The notes beneath the pieces were generated by a model that was not told the DNA's origin, did not search any database, and was given only the letters and a program-made list of their open reading frames with translations. The position numbers were made by a program, and so were the translations under genes. 64,000 bases of DNA from Eledone cirrhosa (lineage: Eukaryota), in contig OZ024743.1 of assembly GCA_964016885.1 (NCBI GenBank), forward strand, positions 279,372,001 through 279,436,000, in the 5' to 3' direction. Positions within the stretch are counted from its first letter, which is position 1; each line of letters begins with the position of its first letter. Shown one piece after another: positions 41,579-56,265 of the stretch.

Positions 41579-41838
41579 TCTGATAACACCTTAGCTTCTA
41601 AATTGAGAACGTAAGCAAATACCCTGTGCGAAACCCGAATATTCCAAGCTTCGAAACATTGAGGGAATAAATTCGTAGATGTAGGAAGCTCAGCAGGTAC
41701 AGTCAGTTGCGTTAAAATAGCTTATAGAAGTAGAGTATTTCAGTCCTTCATTCAGTACATGGTATGTGTATTTAACGTTCATATATGTTTATATATACTC
41801 GCTCATACACACATACTCGCATATGTGTATATATATAT

Positions 41839-41944
<106 letters not shown>

Positions 41945-42293
41945 TATACAGACGGACATGCAAACATAATCCACACACAACAACCTTTATTCGTTTCACA
42001 AATATACAGTTTATTTCATTTAAAGGGGAAAAAACGTAATAATATTGATATTTTATCGATTTTACGTTTTAATCTGTTGACCTTTCTCTTATTCTATCTG
42101 ATAAATTGAATGTTTACGTCTTTTGTTATCGGTGCCATTTACATTTTGCGTCAAACTGCTTTATCACTTGCAGTTTGATTATTACATTACTTACATTACA
42201 GAGTTATTGCCCTTTTAGTAAAAGTAAAAAGCAGACGAACTACATAGGTAATCTTTATCAGACCGGTGCATATGTTTGTATTTATACATACAT

Positions 42294-42506
<213 letters not shown>

Positions 42507-42574
42507 TATTTATATATATGTATATATATATATCGTTTCTGAATTTGTTTACCAACATGACCCTCCCAAAGTAT

Positions 42575-42667
<93 letters not shown>

Positions 42668-42719
42668 CAAACATAGATACATATGATACAAATATACATA
42701 GATATGTATATATAAATAT

Positions 42720-43130
42720 GACTGACATCTGGTGTAGCGTCCAGATTAGTATTCATCTGCACTTTACTGACTGACTGAACAGTTCACTACGCTAAAGGCA
42801 GTCTTTATTGCATTTGCTGCAGACGACAACTTTTGAGGGTGTCTTTGCCGCTCCTTCATTCTTGACATTTTGTCAACAAGGTCCTTCTTCTTTCTCTGCT
42901 CTGCTGTATGTACATGCTTTCTGCGCATCTTACCCAGGTTGCGAGTGGATGCTTCACGGTTTAAAATCTTTTTGCAGATATCTTTATAAACCTGCGATAC
43001 AATCAGATTGGGGAAATGCGATCCGAGGCAAAAGTCCTCACGTCGCCGAGCCAACAATGACGACTTTCGCTGAGAAAAGGTGACATGCTGCCCATCTTTG
43101 GGCGTTTCAAGATCTCTGTGTTTGGAAATG
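42720..43130 (-). pseudogene. RTE-like LINE 3' coding remnant
   Basis: YKDICKK motif and a terminal CSKCNKDC knuckle. Confidence 0.45.
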
Positions 43131-43299
43131 TTTCCTAATATCCGATGTGGGGAATGCGTTTGAGGTATCTCAAGTAGTATATGTTAAGCTTCCTTACGTG
43201 ACTTACTCATGTGGTCCATGCCTCACTTCTGTAGAGGAGTGTGCTTATATATATGTATATGTATATTTATATATATATATATATATGTAGAGGAGTGTG

Positions 43300-43377
<78 letters not shown>

Positions 43378-43414
43378 AGTTATATGAATCAAAGTTCTGT
43401 TCAAATCATTTATA

Positions 43415-43461
43415 TGCTTACAATTGTTTCCTCCAAACCGAGGTTTGGATTCTTCGGAGCA
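43415..43461 (-). ncRNA. Type I HHR, C4 variant
   Basis: tgct CCGAAGA a tccaaac ctcg gtttgga g GAAA caattg TA agca. Confidence 0.8.
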
Positions 43462-43829
43462 ATTTATTAATGAATGATCACATATATGACCTCCTTTTCA
43501 ACCCAAGAGACGTACAGAAACATATGCATATATTGTTGCTTGGTGGGTTGACATCCATTAAAACATTTAGCGAGGCAGTATACATTTAAAGATTACAGTC
43601 ATATCAAAAGAGGATAAAATTAAAATTAAAGTTAAAATACAACATGAAATGATTGCGATAGGATAGTCAGAAGCAGTTAGTGTGTGCAATAGTTACACGT
43701 GTGGCAAGCACGTGTGTAGGTAGTAATATATTACTGCCTATCACTATTTATGGTTTGAAAAAATATATATAACTACAAAAGGTTTTTGTATGTGCATAAC
43801 CATAAATAGTACCCTTAATACTATATATA

Positions 43830-45438
<1,609 letters not shown>

Positions 45439-45818
45439 TTTATGATAATCTTAAATGAAACATTTATACACGGGCTAAATATGGAAGAAACACTTTGACT
45501 ATATCGTCTACGGAAATGGAAGTACTCACCTCTTCGTTTTAATTCGGATTTATTTACTCAATCTTGTAGAGTACGTAAAGCAAAATTAAAATGATGAGGA
45601 GACAAAGAGAACAGGCATTGACAAGGTCGTAGAATGTGTGACGAATCAGTTTTGTCAAATAAACAAGCACTCAATTACTAAACTAACGGAGGACTGGATT
45701 AATTACCTGAGTAGTTAGATATAAAACCGAATGGTAAGTGTGATTTATTGGTAGCTTGACTGAATATCCCTTTCAACACACGATTTCACATCACGAATCT
45801 TGCAAAGCAAATACAAAA

Positions 45819-45888
<70 letters not shown>

Positions 45889-46160
45889 AACAAGTAAGAC
45901 CCCGACGGCTGAGCTCAAGTCGTTTCGACGGCTAATTCTGGAATTAGCCGCCGAAACGGCTTGAGCTCAGCCGTCGGGGTCCTACTTGTTCCTATTACCC
46001 ACTCTACTACCCTAAGTATTGAGTACTTTGGTGCGTTATGGTCCACCTGATTTCCTTCGTTTCCGAGGTTGACTTTGCCTTTCATCCTTACGGGGTCGAT
46101 AAAATAAAGTACCAGTAATGCACTGGGTAATTTCTGGCCTTGTGCCTAAAGTAGAAACAG

Positions 46161-46234
<74 letters not shown>

Positions 46235-46274
46235 ATCCCACCCTTCCCCTCAATTTATCTTATTTCTCATTCTT

Positions 46275-46310
46275 TCTTCTGATGAAGGACTAGCGTCCAA
46301 AACGTTAAGA
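46275..46310 (+). ncRNA. Minimal HHR with G12A mutation
   Basis: tctt CTGATGA a ggac tagc gtcc AAAA cg TT aaga. Confidence 0.6.
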
Positions 46311-46419
46311 CCCTCTTCCTGCTATATCAAGCCTTAATCTAGTATATCCCTTCCATATACTATACCGATTGCGTTGTTATTTCTATTTACCTTTTACATA
46401 CATACATATATATACATAT

Positions 46420-47791
46420 AGGGAGGGTCATATTGTTGTAATAATATTGCCAGAATTAATAATAGAACACACTCATTATTTGATTGGTTTTCGCTTCTGT
46501 ATCTTTTATATCAGTTAATTTAATTTATTCGGTTCTCAATGTTACCATTGACTGACCAACGGTCAAACATACAGATACGCTCTGGTATCTTTGGTTGTCG
46601 TGCCATGAGGTGGCTTTCCCTATCTTATGTCTAGTCCTATCTAAGCTATTCCATGATTCGCTCCTGTATAATGGGCAAATTCCTTTCATGTCCAGTTCTA
46701 TGAGGGTCTTATACTTCTCCGTGGCTCCTTCGTATACTCTGATTCTGTCTCTTTGGGTGTAGCCAGAGAACTGCATGCGGTTGATGAAGTGTTGGACGTG
46801 TCTTCCATTTCTGTTGGGTCGCACATGCGAGACACGTTCTTCATCATTCGTACCAAGTCTGCGATCAGAATATTAAACTTAGCACTACTGGACATTGCTG
46901 AGTTTTTGAGTATCAAGTATTTGGAGGCCATGGGTTTAACATAGTGTGAGTGGAGAATTTGGGCTCTCTCGTCTATAGTGTTAATCCAGAGTTCCGTGTC
47001 TAATACAGGTAGTCTATTGTTAGGGTATTTGGAAGAGTAGTCGATAGATACAGTTATACTCTGGTGTATGGAATAAGCTATCTGCTGGATGTTTTCCATT
47101 GTGCTACGTTCTAAATCAAACTTGTTAGTACTCTCTTGTGGGGATGTCCTTATTACTATATTGATGTCGTCTACGTAACGAGAGTACATGATGAGGTCTA
47201 TGGAGCTCTCATCAAGGATATCTTTGAGTCTCCTTTCCCAAAACACCATAAAAAGGTTGGCAACGTCACCAGCTATGCTGACGCCAATGGTTGCTCCCTC
47301 ATTTAGGGTGTAGATCTTCTCGTTGAATTTGAATATGTGGCCCTTTAGGGTAGTTTTAATATTAGCCCCTATTGCATGTGCGACCATTTTTCTTACCTGA
47401 TCATTGTTTTGGGGCGTCCGTATGGCTTTGGTCCACCCAATCCACCTTCCCATGGGATTCTTTTTTCCCATTAAGGTTATGGTGGGGGGGTCTACCTCTT
47501 ATGGGTCTACTGGGGCAGAAACGTCTAAGGTCATGGCTGTCTAGGTAGTCAGTGTCATAGGTAAATCTAAGCAGGAGGCCCAGTTCGTCTGTATCGACGT
47601 CGCAGAACTCCACCTCACTCTCACTGATCATCTCCACACATTTTTCCACAGCAAAATCAATGGTAATGGATGGGAGTAGTGACACCATGTCCATACTGCC
47701 TATTGTGCAGTTGGATAGGTTTTTGTTTTTGTTGCACTCACTGATTCTGCTGAGGAGGTCCTCTGTACTGTCAAAATCCTCGCAAAACTAA

Positions 47792-47792
<1 letters not shown>
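46420..47792 (-). mobile_element. Penelope-like element RT fragment bounded by family-specific termini
   Basis: DSTEDLL..IGSMDMVSLLPSI, HIFKFNEKIY..GATIGVSIAGDVANLFM, YSRYVDDI, LPVLDTELW, HYVKPMASKYL are PLE RT motifs. Ends match the 44821-45352 repeat family. Confidence 0.88.
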
Positions 47793-47830
<38 letters not shown>

Positions 47831-47952
47831 ACTAGAAATAGATTGACACATATATATATATATATATAAAATAAACACATGAACCAATCTCAGGGAATAA
47901 TTTGTAAAGTGTGTAAGCACGCATAGCACACATGACAACCTTAATTTAATTT

Positions 47953-48060
<108 letters not shown>

Positions 48061-48226
48061 TTGCATATAGAAATGACTTCTGCTGGAGGAGAACTGCTTC
48101 ATTCGAATGAAATAATGTAGTCCTGTAGAAATCATTTCTATATAAAATGAAGCAGCTAATACTCTATCATAGTATTGAGTACGTCCTTCAACTGTGGTCA
48201 CCTCCCAATACCATTTTCGGGTATCG

Positions 48227-48277
<51 letters not shown>

Positions 48278-48284
48278 ATATATG

Positions 48285-48366
<82 letters not shown>

Positions 48367-49109
48367 GTAAGGGTTGACGGACCCCGCATATTTATCAATG
48401 CCAGTACCGGTTGTATCACAGCGCACTCAATGGGCAATGTAAGATACATTACCAGAGTATACACATAGTTATTTGCCTCAACACAACACACGTGAAACGG
48501 GTACCTATAAGGTTCCCGGACTCCAGTTTCTGCAGCACTAATGCAGTAGTAAAGTGCACTGCACCATCTGCGTATATCATGCAACAATGCACAATCGGCT
48601 TATGCGGCTTCATTAGCGGGTATCGCCTAATCAATAACCAATCGATCAACATAATCCAAACACCGGCCCGTGCCGGTCATGACTGTTTGTGACAACCGAC
48701 ACGGTAAAGCGTTTAACCGGCAACCGATAGGACTCTATCTCTCAACTAGCCACTGATTTATAAATTTTACGTGGGGACGGGAAGCTAAAAAGAATCAAAC
48801 TATTAGTTCCTGTCAGAAGCTCTCAGCCGACGCATCTCACACACAAATTACCAAGGGGTGAAAAGATGGCTATTAGAAATAGCAGTTCACATTGATATAA
48901 AATAGAATGGTAGCATTTGGTTCATGTCTCCAAGCCCTATGGCTAGAGGAAAGCGATGGTAACAATGGTAATATATATATATTGATGATTTCTAAAGAAT
49001 GAAACAGTTCTAGTCCTTTAGAATCTCATCTATATTAAAACTTTTATACTCTGCAATGTATTGAGTACCTTACTTACTGTGGTTACCTCCGATTAAACCC
49101 GGAATAACG

Positions 49110-49137
<28 letters not shown>

Positions 49138-49140
<3 letters not shown>

Positions 49141-49579
49141 TTTTGTATTTATCGTTTTCGGTGCGCCCGGCCGACTAACTCACTCGATATGCAAATTAGG
49201 CTGCTCAGCCGTTAATATGCATGAGGAAAGTATATACTTTCATACGTTCAATCATCTGGCAGGAAGGTATACGATGCTGACGATAGCTAATAAGCTTGAA
49301 ACTAGTACATCGTTCCTGTGTCAGTGTTGAACAAAAAGGCGACGATGGTTACCTGAACACTGTACGGCGTAATACATCTGTTTACAAACAAACAAACCGA
49401 ACATTATAATAAATGTTCGGTAAACCCATACGTATATATATATGTGTGTACATGTATGTATATATATATACATACTACTGTACCTCGGTATACATATATG
49501 TATGTACGTATACATACATACTTGCATTTAGTTATCAGCCGTACTAAGAGTGAGAAATGAAATTTCGTTTCATTCTTTT

Positions 49580-49580
<1 letters not shown>
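49138..49580 (+). mobile_element. Approximately full monomer (~440 bp) of the HHR family also at 5477-6070
   Basis: Colinear with 5690-6070; starts and ends with the same TTCTTTT junction sequence; (TA)n flanks. Confidence 0.78.
49271..49313 (+). ncRNA. Type I HHR
   Basis: acgatg CTGACGA t agct aata agct t GAAA ctag TA catcgt. Confidence 0.9.
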
Positions 49581-49613
<33 letters not shown>

Positions 49614-49823
49614 CGTTTATAAATTTGATTAGCAAGATTCTTTATCTGAAAACGTGTGTTGAAACCGATATTATTATGCTTTGGGAGGGCCATGTTGCTA
49701 ATAAGAAACACACGCACCAGTTACTTTCACTCCAATTTATTATAAGTTGAATTTATAAATTTAAGAATTTATAAATTTCCGGTTGGTTGGTCGGTTCCAC
49801 AACCGACGGTTGTTCATATATTG

Positions 49824-49864
49824 TCAAAGTTCTTTCGTCACACATTCTGTGACCTCTTCAGTGA
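49824..49864 (-). ncRNA. Type I HHR of the family that borders the PLE RT
   Basis: tca CTGAAGA g gtcaca gaatg tgtgac GAAA gaac TT tga. Confidence 0.62.
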
Positions 49865-49865
49865 A

Positions 49866-49919
<54 letters not shown>

Positions 49920-50141
49920 CATATCGCCTCAGAAAAATTTCTATAGTCTTTTGACTGAGTAATGTTCTCACAACTGGGATGCGAGAGTGTCCTATTACGC
50001 CGAAATGTGTTTGTTCTAACTCATATGATTCCAGTTCCTCAGAGAAATAACAGCACAACCAGGAGCTGGACATATCGATGTATTGACGGAGTAAAACATA
50101 CTTTAACAACATGCGTACCTGTCTTTCCCACACCAATTCGG

Positions 50142-50196
50142 ACTGCCTGAAGAGGTCACAGCCAATGATGCCTGTCACCGAAATATATATAGCAGT
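50142..50196 (+). ncRNA. Type I HHR
   Basis: actgc CTGAAGA ggtcacag ccaatgatgc ctgtcacc GAAA tatata TA gcagt. Confidence 0.88.
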
Positions 50197-50356
50197 ATAT
50201 CTATAATTTATAATAAACGAAGTCATATTTTACATATTTGACTTAATTATTTTACCTTACTACGGAGTAAACAAACCAACCTGCGTACTTCGTCGATTGC
50301 TCCAATCTGCATAGTGAGGTGTCGGTAAACAACCAACATATACTCACAATTTACAT

Positions 50357-50435
<79 letters not shown>

Positions 50436-50778
50436 TTAGGGTTAATATTGATGCAATTCAATTCAAGCATTCAACGTACTTATTCCAGATAGGAGTGACG
50501 GAGTAAATATCGAATAAGGAAAATGGGTAGCAGTAAGCAATATTACAGGCCTTGAATGGGTCATTGTTTGGCTGAGAGGGGGAACTGACTAAGCGAATTT
50601 CGTTGAAATCTGCGGTAGCTAATGGTCAACTCCCTACGTACCTGCGCCTGCGCAGACCGGTGGAGGTGAATTGGTACTCACAGGGGAATGGATGAAGAAC
50701 TCAAGAGCACACACTTCGTCCGTTCCCATGTCGATTCAATTTGGATTGCCTCGAAAACATAACTCTATTATGTAACAA

Positions 50779-50852
50779 GCTGTCTGACGATGTCGCGACA
50801 CTGGCGCACAGAACAGTGTGACGACTGTCGCCATTGAAATATATATCACAGC
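50779..50852 (+). ncRNA. Type I HHR with long or branched stem II
   Basis: gctgt CTGACGA [45 nt] GAAA tatata TC acagc. Confidence 0.75.
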
Positions 50853-50898
50853 ATTATTATTAAAAGACTTGAACATCTGAAACTACTTCGCTTTTCCT

Positions 50899-51002
<104 letters not shown>

Positions 51003-51087
51003 TATAGATTACTTTTATTTATTTTTTGCCCGTTAAACTTTTAGCCTTTCTTGAGGAGATTTTTCAAATATTTCAGTTTTAAATTGC

Positions 51088-51153
51088 CTTGTCTGACGAA
51101 CGAATGCGGACGTTTCTTGTATTCGTCTTATTCGGGAAACCTTTGGTAATGAG
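51088..51153 (+). ncRNA. Type I HHR
   Basis: cttgt CTGACGA a cgaat gcggacg..cgtct t attcg g GAAA cctttgg TA atgag. Confidence 0.75.
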
Positions 51154-51184
51154 ATAATTATATTGTTTTGTTTATTATACATTA

Positions 51185-51231
<47 letters not shown>

Positions 51232-51234
51232 TGA

Positions 51235-51283
51235 GATTCTACAGGACTAGAACTGTTTCATTCTTTAGAAATCATCAGGAATC
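51235..51283 (-). ncRNA. Type I HHR (family B)
   Basis: gattc CTGATGA tttc taaa gaat GAAA cag ttctagtc ctg TA gaatc. Confidence 0.88.
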
Positions 51284-51574
51284 TGGGTAGGGTATCAAAA
51301 AATAAGTATGGTATTTATAGGTCTCTTCAAGTGGTAGGAGAGGGTGGGGAGTGGGATGGGTGTAGGTCATTGGTTGATAGAAAAGGGAATTCATTAAAAG
51401 CTAATTCTACAAAGCTATAGTTTAAACTATAGCTTTGTAGAATTATAGTCCTGTAGAATCTCATCTATATTAAAACTTTTATACTCTGCAATGTATTAAG
51501 TACCTTACTTACTGTGGTTACCTCCGATTCAACCCGGAATAATGTATATATATATATATATATATATATAGTAA

Positions 51575-52311
<737 letters not shown>

Positions 52312-52324
52312 TTGTACCCCCCCC

Positions 52325-52371
<47 letters not shown>

Positions 52372-52659
52372 CAAATAACGAAACGAAATTAAATTTCGTT
52401 TCGCCTGTAACTCACTTTTGTATGACTGACGCTTAAACAATTAAGTCAAAGATGTACATCTACATATGCATACTGAAATACTAGTGTGTATATGAATACA
52501 CACACGTATACATATGTAGGTGTAACAAGTCTTTCACTGGTTGCTTTACTGTGAGCACCCAGCTATTCTGTATGTAAACACACAGACAAACCGGTTTTTA
52601 GAGTCATACTGGTTTTCGGGGGAACACCTTCCCTCTATTCTCCAGAAAGCCAGACAAGG

Positions 52660-52704
52660 AATATTGAACTAGTTTCATTGTTGTTACAACTCATCAGCAA
52701 TATT
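52660..52704 (-). ncRNA. Inverted copy of the 53110 HHR
   Basis: One substitution gives G-U at the base of stem II. Confidence 0.88.
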
Positions 52705-53109
52705 TACCTATCTACCGGCCCTTCTGGAGAATTGTAAAAGCACATATCGTTATATGCTTTTTCTATGAAAATTAGTAGTGGGCAGACTAATTTGCATAGA
52801 GTGTGAGTACGCACCGGTTCAGCGGAGACGATAAAAACAAATAACGAAACGAAATTAAATTTCGTTTCGCTTGTAACTCACTTTTGTATGACTGACGCTT
52901 AAACAATTAAGTCATACAAAAGTCATACAAAAGTGAGTTACAAGCGAAACGAAATTTAATTTCGTTTCGTTATTTGTTTTTATCGTCTCCGCTGAACCGG
53001 TGCGTACTCACACTCTATGCAAATTAGTCTGCCCACTACTAATTTTCATAGAAAAAGCATATAACGATATGTGCTTTTACAATTCTCCAGAAGGGCCGGT
53101 AGATAGGTA

Positions 53110-53154
53110 AATATTGCTGATGAGTTGTAACAACAACGAAACTAGTTCAATATT
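53110..53154 (+). ncRNA. Canonical type I HHR
   Basis: aatattg CTGATGA gttgt aaca acaac GAAA ctag TT caatatt; AACTAGTT palindrome. Confidence 0.92.
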
Positions 53155-53391
53155 CCTTGTCTGGCTTTCTGGAGAATAGAGGGAAGGTGTTCCCCCGAAA
53201 ACCAGTATGACTCTAAAAACCGGTTTGTCTGTGTGTTTACATACAGAATAGCTGGGTGCTCACAGTAAAGCAACCAGTGAAAGACTTGTTACACCTACAT
53301 ATGTATACGTGTGTGTATTCATATACACACTAGTATTTCAGTATGCATATGTAGATGTACATTTTTGACTTAATTGTATATATATATACAT

Positions 53392-53694
<303 letters not shown>

Positions 53695-53966
53695 AATTGA
53701 AATTTTGGGGTTCACCACTGGAGAAGAATTAGTCATTCTATATAGACAACCGTGATGTAATTGTAGGGAAAGCACTCGACGCTACTCAACCCATCCATTT
53801 CTGATGTTGAATCCTGTAGTGCGGGAACAGAGGTGGCCACTTGAACTAACAACAACTAGCCCACAGACTACCTCCGCGTCAAATATTTTTTCTCCGCTTT
53901 CTCTCCTTGTAACCTTTGGGATTGTGTTTACTATTATTCCTTTATTGTATACCTATTATGCAATAT

Positions 53967-54027
53967 ACACCTGATGATCTTGCCAACATTCTACGTAACG
54001 TGGCCACTGAAATAATTATTATAGTGT
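53967..54027 (+). ncRNA. Type I HHR (8001 family, diverged)
   Basis: acac CTGATGA ..gcca..tggc.. GAAA taattatta TA gtgt. Confidence 0.62.
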
Positions 54028-54075
54028 TTGCAACAAAAACATTTTGAAGGAATTTCGCCAGTCCGGCTTCCTGTC

Positions 54076-54167
<92 letters not shown>

Positions 54168-54489
54168 CGAAGGAAGTGTGGTAAGGAACCAGATGAACCA
54201 TAACGAACCAAAGTACTCAATACTTACGGTAGTAGAGTGGGTAATAGGTCCAGAAATAGCCGTCAAACCGGCTTGAGCTCTGCCGTCGGGGTCATACTTG
54301 TTCCTATATATATATATATATAGGAAAATATTTCAAACCCCGACGGCAGAGCTCAAGCCATTTCGGCGGCTATTTCTGGACTCCCACCGTCGGGGTCTTG
54401 AACATTTTCCTATTACCCACTCTACTACCGTAAGTATTGAGTACTCTGGTGCGTTATGGTCCATCTGGCTCCTTACCTCACCTCCTTCG

Positions 54490-54544
<55 letters not shown>

Positions 54545-54971
54545 AACTTTTAGAGGCATTCTAACATTGAATACACTTTAAAATCCTTCGCAGATGATGA
54601 TGAGGAGGATCCTTCATCATCATCGTCATCATCAACGTCATTATTGTCATCATGGTGCTGATAAACCTCAATGTAGAATTTCCATTGTTGGATTGGCGAT
54701 AGCACAGGAGAGAGCGATTGTTGTTTAGACGCTCACTCACCAGATATATGATCAAGGCGTTGAAACTGTAATTATCCGGCCCTTGTTTAAGGTATCGAAT
54801 AGACATCAACCGGTTTTGTCGATGAATGTTCTAGTTGTAAAACCTATGCGACGGTCTTTCAGGCATTTTCCGTCTATTCAAATTCATTCGCATGGCATGG
54901 GTCAGCTGGAAGTTATGATGATGACATTTGCTCAAGATGCTGCGCCATTAGCTCGAAACCGGGACGTTATT

Positions 54972-55143
54972 GGTGGATTGGCAGTAACGGTATGCTTTGA
55001 AGCATAGAGTTACGTCCCTTTATGATCTGAGTTTCAAAGCCCGCCGAGGTTAACTTTGCCTTTCATCCTTACGGGGTCGATAAAATAAAGTACCAGTAAT
55101 GTACTGAAATTGCTGGCCTTGTGCCAAAAATAGAAACAATTAT
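54972..55143 (+). mobile_element. Same tRNA-SINE, full length
   Basis: A and B boxes, core and tail as at 60377. Confidence 0.85.
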
Positions 55144-56105
55144 GACTGTTTAAAGAAAGATCCTAAAAATTCGGTCAGGCTACGTCCACTATGTAAGATG
55201 CACGTTATCCAGGGCTGCTAATATTACCCTGTATACAGATGGTTCCACGCGTAATTAGGCTTGTATATCTACAATATTGACCTCCTCTTGTAAGGAAGGA
55301 TGTTGTTGTCATCAGGCCAGCCCTAATCTAGCAGGTCTGAGATTAAAAACATTCCAGCCGTGATCATCACACCTGTTTATTATGAGCAGGTAAACCTAGG
55401 TACACTTAATTCAGCCCCTCCTTTTCTAAGACAGTGGAGGTTTGTGATGTGATGTGATGAAGAACTGCCTGCTATTTCTAGCAGGTCGACTGACCACATA
55501 GAATGAATGATGATGCTAATGGACTGGTGAGGATCATCATAATGGTGGTGGTGATTGTGGCGGCAGGAATGGTGGTGATGGCGGTAGTGGTCATTAAGGA
55601 AGGTAGTAGTGGTGGTGGTGGTTAGGGTTGATGATGATTGTAGTAGCTGCAGTGGTAATTATGGGGGTAGTGGTGATGATAGTAGTGGTGTTGAGGGTGA
55701 TGGTGGGGAGGGGGTGTTAGCATTTTGGTGGTGGTGCAGTGGTAGTAGTGGAGATGAAGGTGATGATGGTATAGACGCTTATGATGATGATATTGATGAC
55801 TGTGATGATCATGTGATAACGGCTACAATGAACGTTGATAGCTGCAGCTGTTGCAGTAAATGATGGTGATTATAGTGCCCCCCCCCTCCTATTCTTCCTT
55901 ATACTACTGCTACCACTACTGCTGCTGCTGCAATGACTATTGATACTGCTGCACCTGCTGCTGCTGCTTGCTTTGGCTGACGTCGTCGAAATTGTGGCTG
56001 TAGGTCAAATATCTGTTGTCGCTAATGTTGTTGCTATTGTTGTTATGGTCTCTGGTCTTTAGTGATACTACCTGACTGCTTCTTCCATTTATGCATGAAT
56101 TGTAT

Positions 56106-56140
<35 letters not shown>

Positions 56141-56142
<2 letters not shown>

Positions 56143-56265
56143 TGAAGGCTCTTGGCTTAGTGATTACCGTGATGGGCTTGCAACCATAGGATCATGAGTT
56201 CGTTTCCCGGCTGTGTTTTGCTTTGAGCAAAATACTTTATTTCACATTGCTACAGACCACTCTGT
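56141..56265 (+). mobile_element. Second tRNA-SINE family; fragment at 4098-4185
   Basis: TGGCTTAGTG A box, GAGTTCGTTTCC B box, TTGAGCAA(G/A)A(C/T)ACTTTATTTCAC core. Confidence 0.6.

Larger units (their letters stand above)
52366..53378. mobile_element. 1.0-kb fold-back insertion of a ~465-bp non-coding HHR monomer
   Basis: The arms are near-perfect reverse complements about a centre near 52915; 52366-52447 is repeated at 52832-52914; (TA)n flanks. Confidence 0.9.

Noticed and set aside
54165-54492. Palindromic repeats as a CRISPR array or MITE
   Set aside because: Dispersed with no spacer periodicity or cas genes. The inverted repeats are not terminal and the inner junctions differ between copies.
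54850-54905. Minus-strand DPCHANEFE..DGKCL resembling an LDL-receptor class A repeat
   Set aside because: Requires a frameshift, has a stop, and lacks the remaining cysteines and acidic motif.
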